DNA from: Arenicellales bacterium
GTDB taxonomy: Bacteria; Pseudomonadota; Gammaproteobacteria; Arenicellales; Poriferihabitantaceae
Direction of reading: 5' to 3'
DNA length: 64,000 nt
Assembly: GCA_965200715.1 (NCBI GenBank)
Contig: OZ241374.1
Location: 709,697 to 773,696 of the forward strand
The notes beneath the pieces are model-generated. The model saw nothing but the letters and a program-made list of their open reading frames with translations. It was not told the DNA's origin and searched no databases. Made by a program: the position numbers and the translations under genes. The first letter of the stretch is position 1. Every line of letters begins with the position of its first letter. Positions 20,683 through 30,321 of the stretch are shown here, piece by piece.

Positions 20683-21019
20683 GTTGTAACTTTTGAACTG
20701 TTAGTGCATTTCTCTGCGAAAAGCAGTACTGTTCGGAAATGTTGATGTTGACAATCAAATTATCAAAGGTTGACAGCGATCTAAAAAATCTCAAAAAACC
20801 ATGTTATCGACCGATTAGTAGCAAAACTTGAAACATATGGTCGAATAATCGTATCTTTGTAAGTTTCAATTTAGGATATAATCGTTGTAAATTGCAGTCA
20901 GTATTCAGTTTACTTATTTAACCTTCACCGGGTGCGATTGGTAATGCGTTAGTAACAGACTAATTAGTACACATTACATTCATGCCTCCAATATACACAA
21001 ATCAACGAGTTACGCCGCC

Positions 21020-22075
21020 ATGAGACGTATGATATCCAATATGCTGTCGGGAGTCGTCTCAAGTGATATGGCGATTGATCTTGGTACAGCGAATACTCTG
21101 ATTTATGTCAAAAAGAAAGGCATCGTACTCGATGAACCTTCTGTTGTTGCCATCAAAGAGAATTTTTCGGGAGGTTCTCGGCAGAACATATTGGCTGTTG
21201 GACTAGAAGCCAAAAAGATGCTTGGTCGAACGCCGGGATCGATCAAAGCTATCCGACCAATGAAAGAAGGAGTGATTGCCAATTACCGGGTCACAGAAGA
21301 TATGCTGAAGTATTTCATTCGTCGCGTCCAAAACTACCGATGGTTTTTTTCTCCGCGAATCATCATTTGCGTACCCTGTGGATCAACACAAGTTGAGAGA
21401 AGAGCGATTCGAGAGTCGGCGATCAACGCCGGAGCCCGGGAAGCGTTTCTAATTGAAGAACCAATCGCTGTGGCGATTGGTGCAAATCTCCCGGTTGCAG
21501 AGCCAACCGGTTTGATGGTGGTTGATATTGGTGGTGGCACCACTGAAATTGGTGTTCTTTCTATGGGATCAATGGTTTATTCAAGTTCACTGCGAGTTGC
21601 AGGTGACTCGTTTGATTCATCAATTATTGAGTTCATCAAGCGTCGTCATGGAACACTAATTGGTGAAGCGACAGCAGAACGTATTAAAAAATCGATAGCT
21701 ACAGCTTGGGCTGAGTCTGAACATGCTGAATTGGAGGTCAAGGGTCGAGATATTGCAGAAGGTATGTCCCGCAGTCTGGTGGTTACTAGCAATGAAGTGT
21801 ATGAAGCAATCAATCCGCAAATTGAGGAAATCATCTGGGCTGTACGTGCTGGGCTTGAAAGGACACCCCCTGAATTAAGTGGTGACATAGGTGAACGTGG
21901 AATTGTTATTGCTGGTGGAGGAGCTTTGATTAAGGATATTGACCGACGAATTATGGAAGACACTGGATTGCCGGTGGTCGTTGCAGAAGATCCATTGACA
22001 TGTGTTGTTAGAGGATGTGGAAGAGCTTTAGAAGAGGTCGATGCTCTCAGTGATATGTATTCAGCAGAATACTAA
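21020..22075 (+). CDS. mreB: Rod shape-determining protein MreB
   Basis: [40 protein letters not shown]. Confidence 0.98.
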   Translation: MRRMISNMLSGVVSSDMAIDLGTANTLIYVKKKGIVLDEPSVVAIKENFSGGSRQNILAVGLEAKKMLGRTPGSIKAIRPMKEGVIANYRVTEDMLKYFIRRVQNYRWFFSPRIIICVPCGSTQVERRAIRESAINAGAREAFLIEEPIAVAIGANLPVAEPTGLMVVDIGGGTTEIGVLSMGSMVYSSSLRVAGDSFDSSIIEFIKRRHGTLIGEATAERIKKSIATAWAESEHAELEVKGRDIAEGMSRSLVVTSNEVYEAINPQIEEIIWAVRAGLERTPPELSGDIGERGIVIAGGGALIKDIDRRIMEDTGLPVVVAEDPLTCVVRGCGRALEEVDALSDMYSAEY

Positions 22076-22224
22076 TCTATCGTTGTTGAATGCGTTATAC
22101 AGATCATTTGCGATCGAATAGTTTCATTAAATTTTAACTCTGCAATGACTCGATTCGGGTACTCATTCGAAGAAACCCATCATGTTCAATACCGCACTTT
22201 AGAGCGGGAATAGGGTAAAACAGC

Positions 22225-23085
22225 ATGAGCAGAACCCTCATTTCTCCGTTTTACCAATTTTGCTTGCTTTTGGTTCTGTCTCTAGGTTTATTGATCCTGG
22301 ATAATAAAACCGAACTCTTCCAGCCAGTCAAAACCATTGGCACTATCATACGTCAACCCTTTGAATTGATCGTTAGGATTCAATCTAGAATTCCTATGGT
22401 TGCAGAATTAGCGCAAGAAAAGTCAACTCTACAGGAGCAAATAACGAATCTTGAACAGGAAAATATGACACTACGCGTTCAAATACACCAATATGAGGCA
22501 ATCAAGGAGGAAAATGAGAGGCTTGCAAGATTACTTGCAACATCAATTAAGAAACGCGGTGAGTTGTTATTAGCTAATATTGTTGTAAAAAAAGACGATC
22601 CATATAATCACCAAGTGATCATTGATCAAGGGTTTGAAGCTGGAGTTTATGTGGGACAGCCTGCGGTTTCTGATGCTGGAGTTATTGGGCAAATAACCGA
22701 AGTCGGGTTTCAAAGGAGTGTAGTCATGTTGCTGAGCCATGTTTCTCAGGGTTTACCAGTTGAGGTCGTCAGAAATGGGCTGTTGACTATCGGTGTAGGA
22801 ACAGGAATACCGGGTCAAATTCGATTGCCCTATCTAGAACTGGAAGCCGACATTCGGGTTGGTGACTCCTTGATTACCTCTGGGATGGGGGATCGTTTTG
22901 TTGCTGGATATCCGGTTGGGACCGTTATCGAGGTACTCAAGGATACAACTCGTCCATTTCTGCAAGTGAGTGTTGAGACTGCAGTCAATGTGAGATACAA
23001 CAAAAATGTCCTCTTGTTGTGGACTTCGGAGCCAGACCAAAGTCAACAGCTTGAGCAAGATGAAAGCTTCCGTGGCGAAAGATAA
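22225..23085 (+). CDS. mreC: Rod shape-determining protein MreC
   Basis: N-terminal TM helix, coiled coil ENERLARLL, IDQG..GV..GQ, GDSLITSGMGDRF..GYPVG. Confidence 0.95.
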   Translation: MSRTLISPFYQFCLLLVLSLGLLILDNKTELFQPVKTIGTIIRQPFELIVRIQSRIPMVAELAQEKSTLQEQITNLEQENMTLRVQIHQYEAIKEENERLARLLATSIKKRGELLLANIVVKKDDPYNHQVIIDQGFEAGVYVGQPAVSDAGVIGQITEVGFQRSVVMLLSHVSQGLPVEVVRNGLLTIGVGTGIPGQIRLPYLELEADIRVGDSLITSGMGDRFVAGYPVGTVIEVLKDTTRPFLQVSVETAVNVRYNKNVLLLWTSEPDQSQQLEQDESFRGER

Positions 23086-23575
23086 GCCCTCAGGACAGCG
23101 GTTCGAAATCGTTGTTATGATTTCGTTATTTTTGGCTGTTTTACTCAGCATGTTGAATTATCATGAGTCAATACGAATCTTGGTACCAAACTGGGTGTTA
23201 TTAATTGTGATTTATTGGACTCTTGTCGAACCTGATCAGTTCAGTATGTTTGCGGCTTGGGGTGTTGGGCTATTTCTCGATGTTGTCAATTTGACAATTT
23301 TGGGACAACACGCGCTCAGTTTTGCAATTGCAGCCTTGATTGTGTCAATATTCTCATCCAAGACTCTGCATTATTCAATGTGGGCTCAATGTTTTTTTGT
23401 CATGGTGCTGAGCATACTAGTGATTGGCTTTGAATTTTGGATTAATCATCTAGCTTTTGGCTATGAATACTTAACACTAAATTGGCAAGCGGGAGTAATG
23501 GCTGGTTTGATTTGGCCGGTGATTCGAGTTATTCTGGATAAAGCATGGAGTCATCCTGATTCGAGGAATGACTGA
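23072..23575 (+). CDS. mreD: Rod shape-determining protein MreD (start GTG 23072 or ATG 23060)
   Basis: Polytopic membrane protein with PNWVLLIVIYW and GLFLDV..LGQHALS; stop overlaps the mrdA start (TGATG). Confidence 0.93.
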   Translation: MAKDKPSGQRFEIVVMISLFLAVLLSMLNYHESIRILVPNWVLLIVIYWTLVEPDQFSMFAAWGVGLFLDVVNLTILGQHALSFAIAALIVSIFSSKTLHYSMWAQCFFVMVLSILVIGFEFWINHLAFGYEYLTLNWQAGVMAGLIWPVIRVILDKAWSHPDSRND

Positions 23576-25458
23576 TGATCAGATCTATACGACAAGAGTT
23601 CGATCAAAATATACTGGAGCAGCGGTTCATGCTGACTCTGTTAATCATTGTGCTCCTTTCATTCATTTTGTTCGTACGGGTCGCTTATTTGCAAATTGCC
23701 CAGCATGATCGTTTCAAATTACTGTCTCAGGAAAACCATATTGACAGAGTTCCATTAGTACCAGTAAGAGGGTTAATTCTTGATCGTAATGAAGAGATTC
23801 TGGCACACAATGTGCAAGTATTTAATCTCGAAATCTTGCCCGATCTAGTTCCAGATCTCGATCGATACCTGTATGAGTTAAGTCATTTGATTGAATTGAC
23901 CATAGAAGACATTGAAGAGTTGAAAGCTACTCTTGAATTAAGGCCTTCCTTTGAACGACAGACACTCAAGACAAATCTGACCGATGAGCAGGTAGCAATA
24001 TTTTCGGTCAATCAACATCGATTTCCTGGCGTTGAGTTAAGGGTTGACCTACAGCGTGACTATCCATATGGAGGTCTGACAGCGCATGTAGTTGGCTATG
24101 TTGGGCGAATCAGTCCTGATAATCGAGAGTTGATCTATGAACAGGGAGGGTATGAAGGGATTTCATATATTGGAAAAATTGGAATTGAATCCCAATATGA
24201 GAGCACACTAAAGGGTCAACCGGGTCATTCGCAAGTTGAAATGAATGCGCACGGACGCATCGTAAGGCATTTGAGACAGGATCTGCCCAATTCTGGTCAG
24301 ACCCTACATCTCGGCCTAGATATCATGCTTCAAAAAGAATCCATGGAGGCACTTGAGGGCTATGAAGGATCGGTTGTAGCGATTGAGCCGAAGACCGGAG
24401 AGATTCTTGCGTTAGCTAGTGCGCCAACCTATGATCCGAATCTATTTATTAATGGTATATCACAAACGCGCTATTTACAGTTGAATACTTCCGAACTAAA
24501 GCCCCTGTTTAACCGTTCAATCTATGGTCAGTATGCGCCGGGTTCAACCATCAAAGGATTTATTTCACTGGTTGGTCTTGAACATGGATTCAAGCATGAT
24601 CGTGAAGTATTTTGCCCGGGTTGGTACAGCTTGCCGAATAACCAAAGAAGATATCGCTGTTGGAAAAGATCAGGACATGGTCTTGTTAATGGTGATGCTG
24701 CAATTGAGCGTTCTTGTGATGTTTATTACTATGATCTGGCTATTCGTCTAGGAATCGAGCGTTTGCAAGCAGGTTTGACGCGATTTGGATTTGGAAGAAA
24801 AACAGGCATTGACTTAGACAAGGAACGATCAGGCCTAATGCCGAATATGGAATGGAAGCAAAAAACCCAAAACCAACCTTGGTATCCGGGGGATACGGTA
24901 AATACTGGTATTGGGCAAGGTTATATGTTAATGACTCCCATCCAACTTGCATCAATGACTGCGATTCTCGCCAATCGAGGTGTAGCAATTACTCCACGTT
25001 TGTTGAAGATGCTTGAAAACCCGATTACCCAGAAGACAGAATCTCAGGTTATACCAGAGAAAAAGCAGATTGAATTGCGACAAGTCGAATTTTACGACCA
25101 GGTGATTGAAAGCATGCGCCGAGTGGTGCATAGTGCCAATGGTACGGCGAGAAGCATAAACAATGGCATGCTCTATGAAATGGCGGGAAAAACAGGGACT
25201 GCACAAGTGATTGGTATTCCTCAGGGACAAGATTATGATGAGAAAAATACCCCAAAAAAGTACCGAGACCATTCGTTATTTATTGGTTTTGCACCAATAG
25301 ATGATCCCCAGATCGCAATTGCCGTTATTGTTGAGAACGGAGGTAGTGGTAGCAAAGTGGCTGCACCGATTGCACGAAGATTAGTCGACTACTACCTGCA
25401 AGAGCGTTTGAATATGTTTGCGTCGGATGTAGATGCATCATCTTCATCAACAAGCTGA
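23575..25458 (+). CDS. mrdA: Penicillin-binding protein 2
   Basis: RGLILDRN, YAPGSTIK (SxxK), SCD (SxN-like motif), AGKTGTAQV, DHSLF. Confidence 0.97.
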   Translation: MIRSIRQEFDQNILEQRFMLTLLIIVLLSFILFVRVAYLQIAQHDRFKLLSQENHIDRVPLVPVRGLILDRNEEILAHNVQVFNLEILPDLVPDLDRYLYELSHLIELTIEDIEELKATLELRPSFERQTLKTNLTDEQVAIFSVNQHRFPGVELRVDLQRDYPYGGLTAHVVGYVGRISPDNRELIYEQGGYEGISYIGKIGIESQYESTLKGQPGHSQVEMNAHGRIVRHLRQDLPNSGQTLHLGLDIMLQKESMEALEGYEGSVVAIEPKTGEILALASAPTYDPNLFINGISQTRYLQLNTSELKPLFNRSIYGQYAPGSTIKGFISLVGLEHGFKHDREVFCPGWYSLPNNQRRYRCWKRSGHGLVNGDAAIERSCDVYYYDLAIRLGIERLQAGLTRFGFGRKTGIDLDKERSGLMPNMEWKQKTQNQPWYPGDTVNTGIGQGYMLMTPIQLASMTAILANRGVAITPRLLKMLENPITQKTESQVIPEKKQIELRQVEFYDQVIESMRRVVHSANGTARSINNGMLYEMAGKTGTAQVIGIPQGQDYDEKNTPKKYRDHSLFIGFAPIDDPQIAIAVIVENGGSGSKVAAPIARRLVDYYLQERLNMFASDVDASSSSTS

Positions 25459-25470
25459 ACCTGACAGAAC

Positions 25471-26559
25471 ATGAACACCGAACAGAAATCGATTTTTTCG
25501 ACTTTGGATTATCCATTGCTCACCGGTATTCTGTTAGTCTGCAGTTTGGGTTTGATTACCTTGTACAGTGCAAGTGGCGAGGATGTTGATCTACTGATCA
25601 ATCATTCTGGGCGTATCGTTATTGCTATGATAGCCATGTATATTGTTTCGCTTATTCCAATTTCGACTCTTTCGACTATGTCGTTGCACCTATATTTAGT
25701 TGGGATTGTGTTTTTGATTTTGGTCTTGGTTTTCGGGATTGTTGGAAAAGGTGCGCAACGATGGGTTGATCTCGGGGTTATCAATTTTCAACCTTCTGAG
25801 ATAATGAAAATTACAGTACCAATGATGGCGGCATGGATCATGACTCATAATCCCATGATGCCCAGCGTGATGAAGATCTTTCTGGCAGTACTTTCAATTG
25901 TAATACCTTGTGTACTAGTGATTCTGCAACCTGATCTTGGAACAGCACTTCTTATTGCCGCATCAGGCTCTATTGTTATATTCTTAGCTGGAATCAGCTG
26001 GAAAATTATTTTAGTTTTTGGGGTTGTAGGAGCAGTCTCAGCTCCTCTTGTCTGGACCATGGTTTTGTACGACTATCAAAAAGAGCGCATATTAACCATG
26101 CTGGATCCTTGGTCAGATCCACTCGGTGCAGGCTACCATGCTGTTCAATCGATGATAGCTATTGGTTCCGGCGGTGTTATAGGCAAAGGATGGCTAGCTG
26201 GGACGCAATCAAGACTGGAGTTCATCCCAGAACGAAGTACTGACTTTATTTTTTCAGTTATGGGTGAGGAATTTGGTTTAGGAGGATTTATCCTTCTTAT
26301 GCTGATTTATCTAATGTTGGTCTTTCGTGGATTCTGGATTGGGTTTTGTGTTGAAGACACCTATGCGAAACTATTAGCTGGAGGGCTTTCCTTCACATTC
26401 TTTGCTTATGTATTTGTAAATATTGGGATGGTTTCGGGAATTTTGCCGGTGGTTGGCGTACCGTTGCCATTTATCAGCTATGGGGGAACTTCAATTGTGA
26501 CTTTGATGATTGGTTTTGGTATCCTGATGAGTATTTCACAAAAAATGAAGACGAATTGA
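25471..26559 (+). CDS. rodA: Peptidoglycan glycosyltransferase RodA
   Basis: GAQRW, FQPSEIMK, LQPDLGT, IPERSTDFIFS, PFISYGGTS. Confidence 0.97.
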   Translation: MNTEQKSIFSTLDYPLLTGILLVCSLGLITLYSASGEDVDLLINHSGRIVIAMIAMYIVSLIPISTLSTMSLHLYLVGIVFLILVLVFGIVGKGAQRWVDLGVINFQPSEIMKITVPMMAAWIMTHNPMMPSVMKIFLAVLSIVIPCVLVILQPDLGTALLIAASGSIVIFLAGISWKIILVFGVVGAVSAPLVWTMVLYDYQKERILTMLDPWSDPLGAGYHAVQSMIAIGSGGVIGKGWLAGTQSRLEFIPERSTDFIFSVMGEEFGLGGFILLMLIYLMLVFRGFWIGFCVEDTYAKLLAGGLSFTFFAYVFVNIGMVSGILPVVGVPLPFISYGGTSIVTLMIGFGILMSISQKMKTN

Positions 26560-27563
26560 ATGAAAACTGTTTTATGACTGGATATCACAAAATTCTTAGC
26601 TGTTTATTTGCTTTTCTTTTGATAGGTTTCGTGGAAAATGTATCTGCACTCACTATCAGCGATTATCCTGAGCTTGAGGAGTTGATTCAGACTATGGTAA
26701 AGGAGGATAACTACCCGGAAGATCAGTTGCGTGCGGTGATTGCATCAGCATCAATCAATCAAAACACTCTCGAGTTGATGGATAGGCAATGGGAAGCTGC
26801 TCCCTGGCACAAATACAGAAAATTATTCATCAATAATAAACGTATTAGAAATGGTGTTGAGTTTTGGAACAAGCATCAAATGGTTTTGAAAAAAGCCGAG
26901 GTTGAATTCGGTGTGCCAGCATCTGTGATTACTTCGGTCATTGGTATCGAAACTCACTATGGTAAGCGCAAGGGGAAGTCCAACATTTTGGACAGTCTGG
27001 TGACCTTGACCGCGGCATATCCGAGGCGAAGCAAGTATTTTAAGGATGAATTACGAGTTTTTCTGAATTTAGTACGACGAGAAAGTATTGAGCCAAATTC
27101 TGTTTATGGTTCTTTCGCGGGTGCAATTGGCATTCCTCAGTTTATGCCTTCAAGCTATGAAAATTATTCGGTGGATTTTAATGGCAACGGTACTCGTGAT
27201 CTAGTCAATGAGGTTGAAGATGCAGTGGGTAGTGTTGCCAACTACCTTGTCAACCACGGATGGCAAGCAGGGCAGGCAATTTATTCAGAGGTGCAGGGAA
27301 ACTTGCCTGTGAGTGCCCAGGAGTTCGTTGGTCGAAGTGCAAAACCAATATATAAGATAGAGGATCTCGAGAATTTAGGTATTCAGTTCAACTCAAAACA
27401 AGCCAGTCAGAAAGTAGCACTGGTCAAATTGAGTCTTCATGATGGTAAATATCGATACATCGTTGCTTTCAATAATCTATATGTGATTACGCGATATAAC
27501 AACAGTATCAATTATTCGATGGCAGTCAGTGAGTTGGCTGAAGAGATTGAAAATAGACGATAG
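26556..27563 (+). CDS. mltB: Lytic murein transglycosylase B
   Basis: VIGIETHYG, GSFAGAIGIPQFMPSSY, DAVGSVANYL, VITRYNNSINYSMAV. Confidence 0.95.
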   Translation: MNENCFMTGYHKILSCLFAFLLIGFVENVSALTISDYPELEELIQTMVKEDNYPEDQLRAVIASASINQNTLELMDRQWEAAPWHKYRKLFINNKRIRNGVEFWNKHQMVLKKAEVEFGVPASVITSVIGIETHYGKRKGKSNILDSLVTLTAAYPRRSKYFKDELRVFLNLVRRESIEPNSVYGSFAGAIGIPQFMPSSYENYSVDFNGNGTRDLVNEVEDAVGSVANYLVNHGWQAGQAIYSEVQGNLPVSAQEFVGRSAKPIYKIEDLENLGIQFNSKQASQKVALVKLSLHDGKYRYIVAFNNLYVITRYNNSINYSMAVSELAEEIENRR

Positions 27564-27580
27564 TTTGATATCCATAGAGG

Positions 27581-28204
27581 ATGTTTAAGGCGCCCGATCA
27601 TGACTTCGTTGTTGTTTGTGACCTAGCCGGTGTGCTCGTCGAGTGGAGCATAGAGAGGTTATATGGTCCTCTGTGTCAGAAATCCGGTCGAAGACCGGAG
27701 CAACTTGTCAATCATATTCTTGGCCCTTCGACTCAGGCTAAGATCAGTATGGGTGCGCCAATACCACCACTTCTGGAACAGTTGAAAAGTCAGTATCCAG
27801 AATGGAAAGAGGAAATTTCAGCATACTGGACAAGATGGGATGAAATGTTGGTTGGGGTCATATCCGGTTCGGTATCTGTGTTGGAAGAACTGAAAGAGCG
27901 AGGACATCGCTTGTATGTGTTGGGGAATTGGGGACGAGGTGAGTTTGAGAGGGCAAGACCAAGGATGCCATTTCTTGAAATATTCAATGATGTGTTGCTT
28001 TCGGGCGATTGCGGGTTCATTAAGCCAGATCCTGCAATCTTTGCTATGGCTGAACAACAATTTCATCTAGTTCCTGAAAAAACTGTCTTCATTGATGATC
28101 GAAAAGAGAATGTATTGGCAGCTATCGACCGAGGTTGGGATGGGATTGTATTTGAAAACCCTCGTCAACTTTATCTGACACTAATGGATAACGGTATGCT
28201 TTGA
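27581..28204 (+). CDS. HAD-family (subfamily IA, YihX-like) hydrolase
   Basis: CDLAGVLV, KPDPAIF, VFIDDRKENV..A...GW. Confidence 0.88.
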   Translation: MFKAPDHDFVVVCDLAGVLVEWSIERLYGPLCQKSGRRPEQLVNHILGPSTQAKISMGAPIPPLLEQLKSQYPEWKEEISAYWTRWDEMLVGVISGSVSVLEELKERGHRLYVLGNWGRGEFERARPRMPFLEIFNDVLLSGDCGFIKPDPAIFAMAEQQFHLVPEKTVFIDDRKENVLAAIDRGWDGIVFENPRQLYLTLMDNGML

Positions 28205-28237
28205 TTCTGCTTTTTATATACTTCGAGTGAAACCATT

Positions 28238-29350
28238 ATGAATACACAAACTATGCATGCGGTTCATCTGAAGGGCTATGGAGGGTACGACCAGCTAGAG
28301 TATACCGATCAGGCTCGTAAACCTGTTCCCAAACCGAAGGAAGTATTGATCCGAGTTCTTGCTTGCGGAATGAATAACACAGATATAAATACGCGAACCG
28401 GTTGGTATAACCGGTCGGTAACAAGTGGCACTGGTGATTGGACGGATTCTGGAGAAGAAACAGAAAGTGGTGGAATGGGCGGCTGGTCAGGCGATATCCA
28501 ATTTCCCAGAATACAGGGGATGGATATTGCTGGCATTATTGAGGCTGTGGGTGCAGACATCTGTCCAGAGAGAGTGGGTCAACGGGTAGTGTGTGATCCT
28601 TACTTATATCCGTCGGATAGCCGGGATACTCTAGATACTTTAGGTTTGTTGGGTGCGGAGTTTGATGGTGGCTTTGCCCAATATCTATGTCTGCCTGCTA
28701 TTAATTGCTTGCCTGTGAACCAAGAATGCATTCTTAGCGACAGTCAGCTATCCACATTGCCATGTTCTGGAGGTACTGCGATGAACATGTTGTTGTTAGC
28801 AGGGGTAGGTCAAGGAGATCGAATCTTAGTAACAGGAGCTTCAGGTGGTGTGGGCTCGTTTTTGGTGCAGATTGGTAAACTTCTGGGTGCAGAAATCACA
28901 GCGGTTGCCACAAAGGAAAAACATGAACAACTCGTCATATTGGGCGCAAATAGCACGATTGATCGTCATGCTAATGATCTGATTTCTGCGTCATTATCAG
29001 CCGGAAGTGGTGGAGGCTATTCGGTCGTTGCGGATGTTGTCGGTGGTGATTTGTTTCCTGAATATCTGGAAATTCTGAATAGAGGTGGGCGTTATGTGGT
29101 AGCTGGCGCGATTGCTGGGCCTATAGTAAAACTGGATTTACGGACCCTGTACTTGAAAAATCTTTCTTTCTTCGGTTCCACCATTTATTTGAGAGAAACA
29201 ATGTCGAGAATCATGGAATATGCCAATAGCAATCAATTGGTGCCGGCTGTTTATCAGGAATATGCTTTGCGTGAAATTTGCCAGGCTCAGGATCACTTCC
29301 TAAAGAAAAAACATGTTGGCAACATGGTTCTAATACCGCCATTCGTTTAA
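28238..29350 (+). CDS. MDR-family alcohol dehydrogenase / quinone oxidoreductase
   Basis: ACGMNNTDINTRTGWY, FPRIQGMDIAG, GAEFDGGFAQY, VTGASGGVG, GRYVVAGAIAGP. Confidence 0.9.
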   Translation: MNTQTMHAVHLKGYGGYDQLEYTDQARKPVPKPKEVLIRVLACGMNNTDINTRTGWYNRSVTSGTGDWTDSGEETESGGMGGWSGDIQFPRIQGMDIAGIIEAVGADICPERVGQRVVCDPYLYPSDSRDTLDTLGLLGAEFDGGFAQYLCLPAINCLPVNQECILSDSQLSTLPCSGGTAMNMLLLAGVGQGDRILVTGASGGVGSFLVQIGKLLGAEITAVATKEKHEQLVILGANSTIDRHANDLISASLSAGSGGGYSVVADVVGGDLFPEYLEILNRGGRYVVAGAIAGPIVKLDLRTLYLKNLSFFGSTIYLRETMSRIMEYANSNQLVPAVYQEYALREICQAQDHFLKKKHVGNMVLIPPFV

Positions 29351-29550
29351 TTCAATCACTCTCACTATCCAGCAATCTTATAGGTGTTTCCAACGCATAA
29401 TCCATAAATTGAAAACCCGAAGGTACTCTCGCTGCCGTGTATAGTGTGGTTTTCGAGGTTTGAACCAATAGCGTACCAATTTTTTTTTTTTCGGATTTGT
29501 TTGTTGTATACTCAAAAACTCTAATTAAACATCTGAACGAGATTAAACTC

Positions 29551-29946
29551 ATGAATTACAAAATAACTCTTTTGGTACTGGTCTCAGGGACACTTCTTTC
29601 AATGTCTACCTTGGCGCATAAATATAATCATGATAATCAAGGTTGCACAAATAAATACGGAGAAAATAACGAGTGCAATGATGATTCGTTTGTGGGTACA
29701 GGCAAAGTAATAAGATGCAAATCCGACAATCCGGCAAATCCGCAGAAAGGAACTTGGCGAAGTGTTTACAAAGAAAAACAGAGTGATGGTACGCATGCCG
29801 TAAATAGACTAGGGGAAGCTCAACCACGACATACTCACGATTGCATTGCGCGTTGCTATATCGATAATCAAGAGGTGGAGTACACCATCGAGTACTGGCA
29901 GTCCTTTCAGTGTCCTAATACTAGCAGTGATACAATTCGACACTAA
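29551..29946 (+). CDS. Hypothetical small secreted Cys-rich protein (131 aa)
   Basis: ATG 29551; Sec-type signal MNYKITLLVLVSGTLLSMSTLA; six Cys in the mature region; no family recognised. Confidence 0.65.
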   Translation: MNYKITLLVLVSGTLLSMSTLAHKYNHDNQGCTNKYGENNECNDDSFVGTGKVIRCKSDNPANPQKGTWRSVYKEKQSDGTHAVNRLGEAQPRHTHDCIARCYIDNQEVEYTIEYWQSFQCPNTSSDTIRH

Positions 29947-30181
29947 TAAGTTAACAAAGGCCAAATGTGAGATCGGCTTTATGATTAAGTCTAAATTCTT
30001 ACTCGTTCATGAGCATGACAGGATACAACCCACACACCGCCATTGAACTCGTGTTCAAAAGTTTGACAGTTCTAGTGGTTTGCCACGCTTAATTTTGAGA
30101 TCTATAGTATTTAACAAGCAAAGTGTCGCAAAAATTTATTTGAGTGCACAATTATTCAGTTTTACAAGATAGGTAGCCATT

Positions 30182-30307
30182 ATGGTTTACCTAATTATGG
30201 AGCTTTTGGGACTACTTATTGTGGTTGCATTAGGAGGTTTTGTTCTCGGCTGGTTATTTCGTGGATTCGATGAGCGGGCAAAACGTAGTTCACGACGTAA
30301 ACAATAA
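30182..30307 (+). CDS. Small single-pass membrane protein (41 aa), below the ORF-track cutoff
   Basis: MVYLIMELLGLLIVVALGGFVLGWLFRGFDERAKRSSRRKQ*; AGGT 7-10 nt upstream; TM helix followed by a basic tail. Confidence 0.6.
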   Translation: MVYLIMELLGLLIVVALGGFVLGWLFRGFDERAKRSSRRKQ

Positions 30308-30321
30308 TCAGTTCAAAACAT

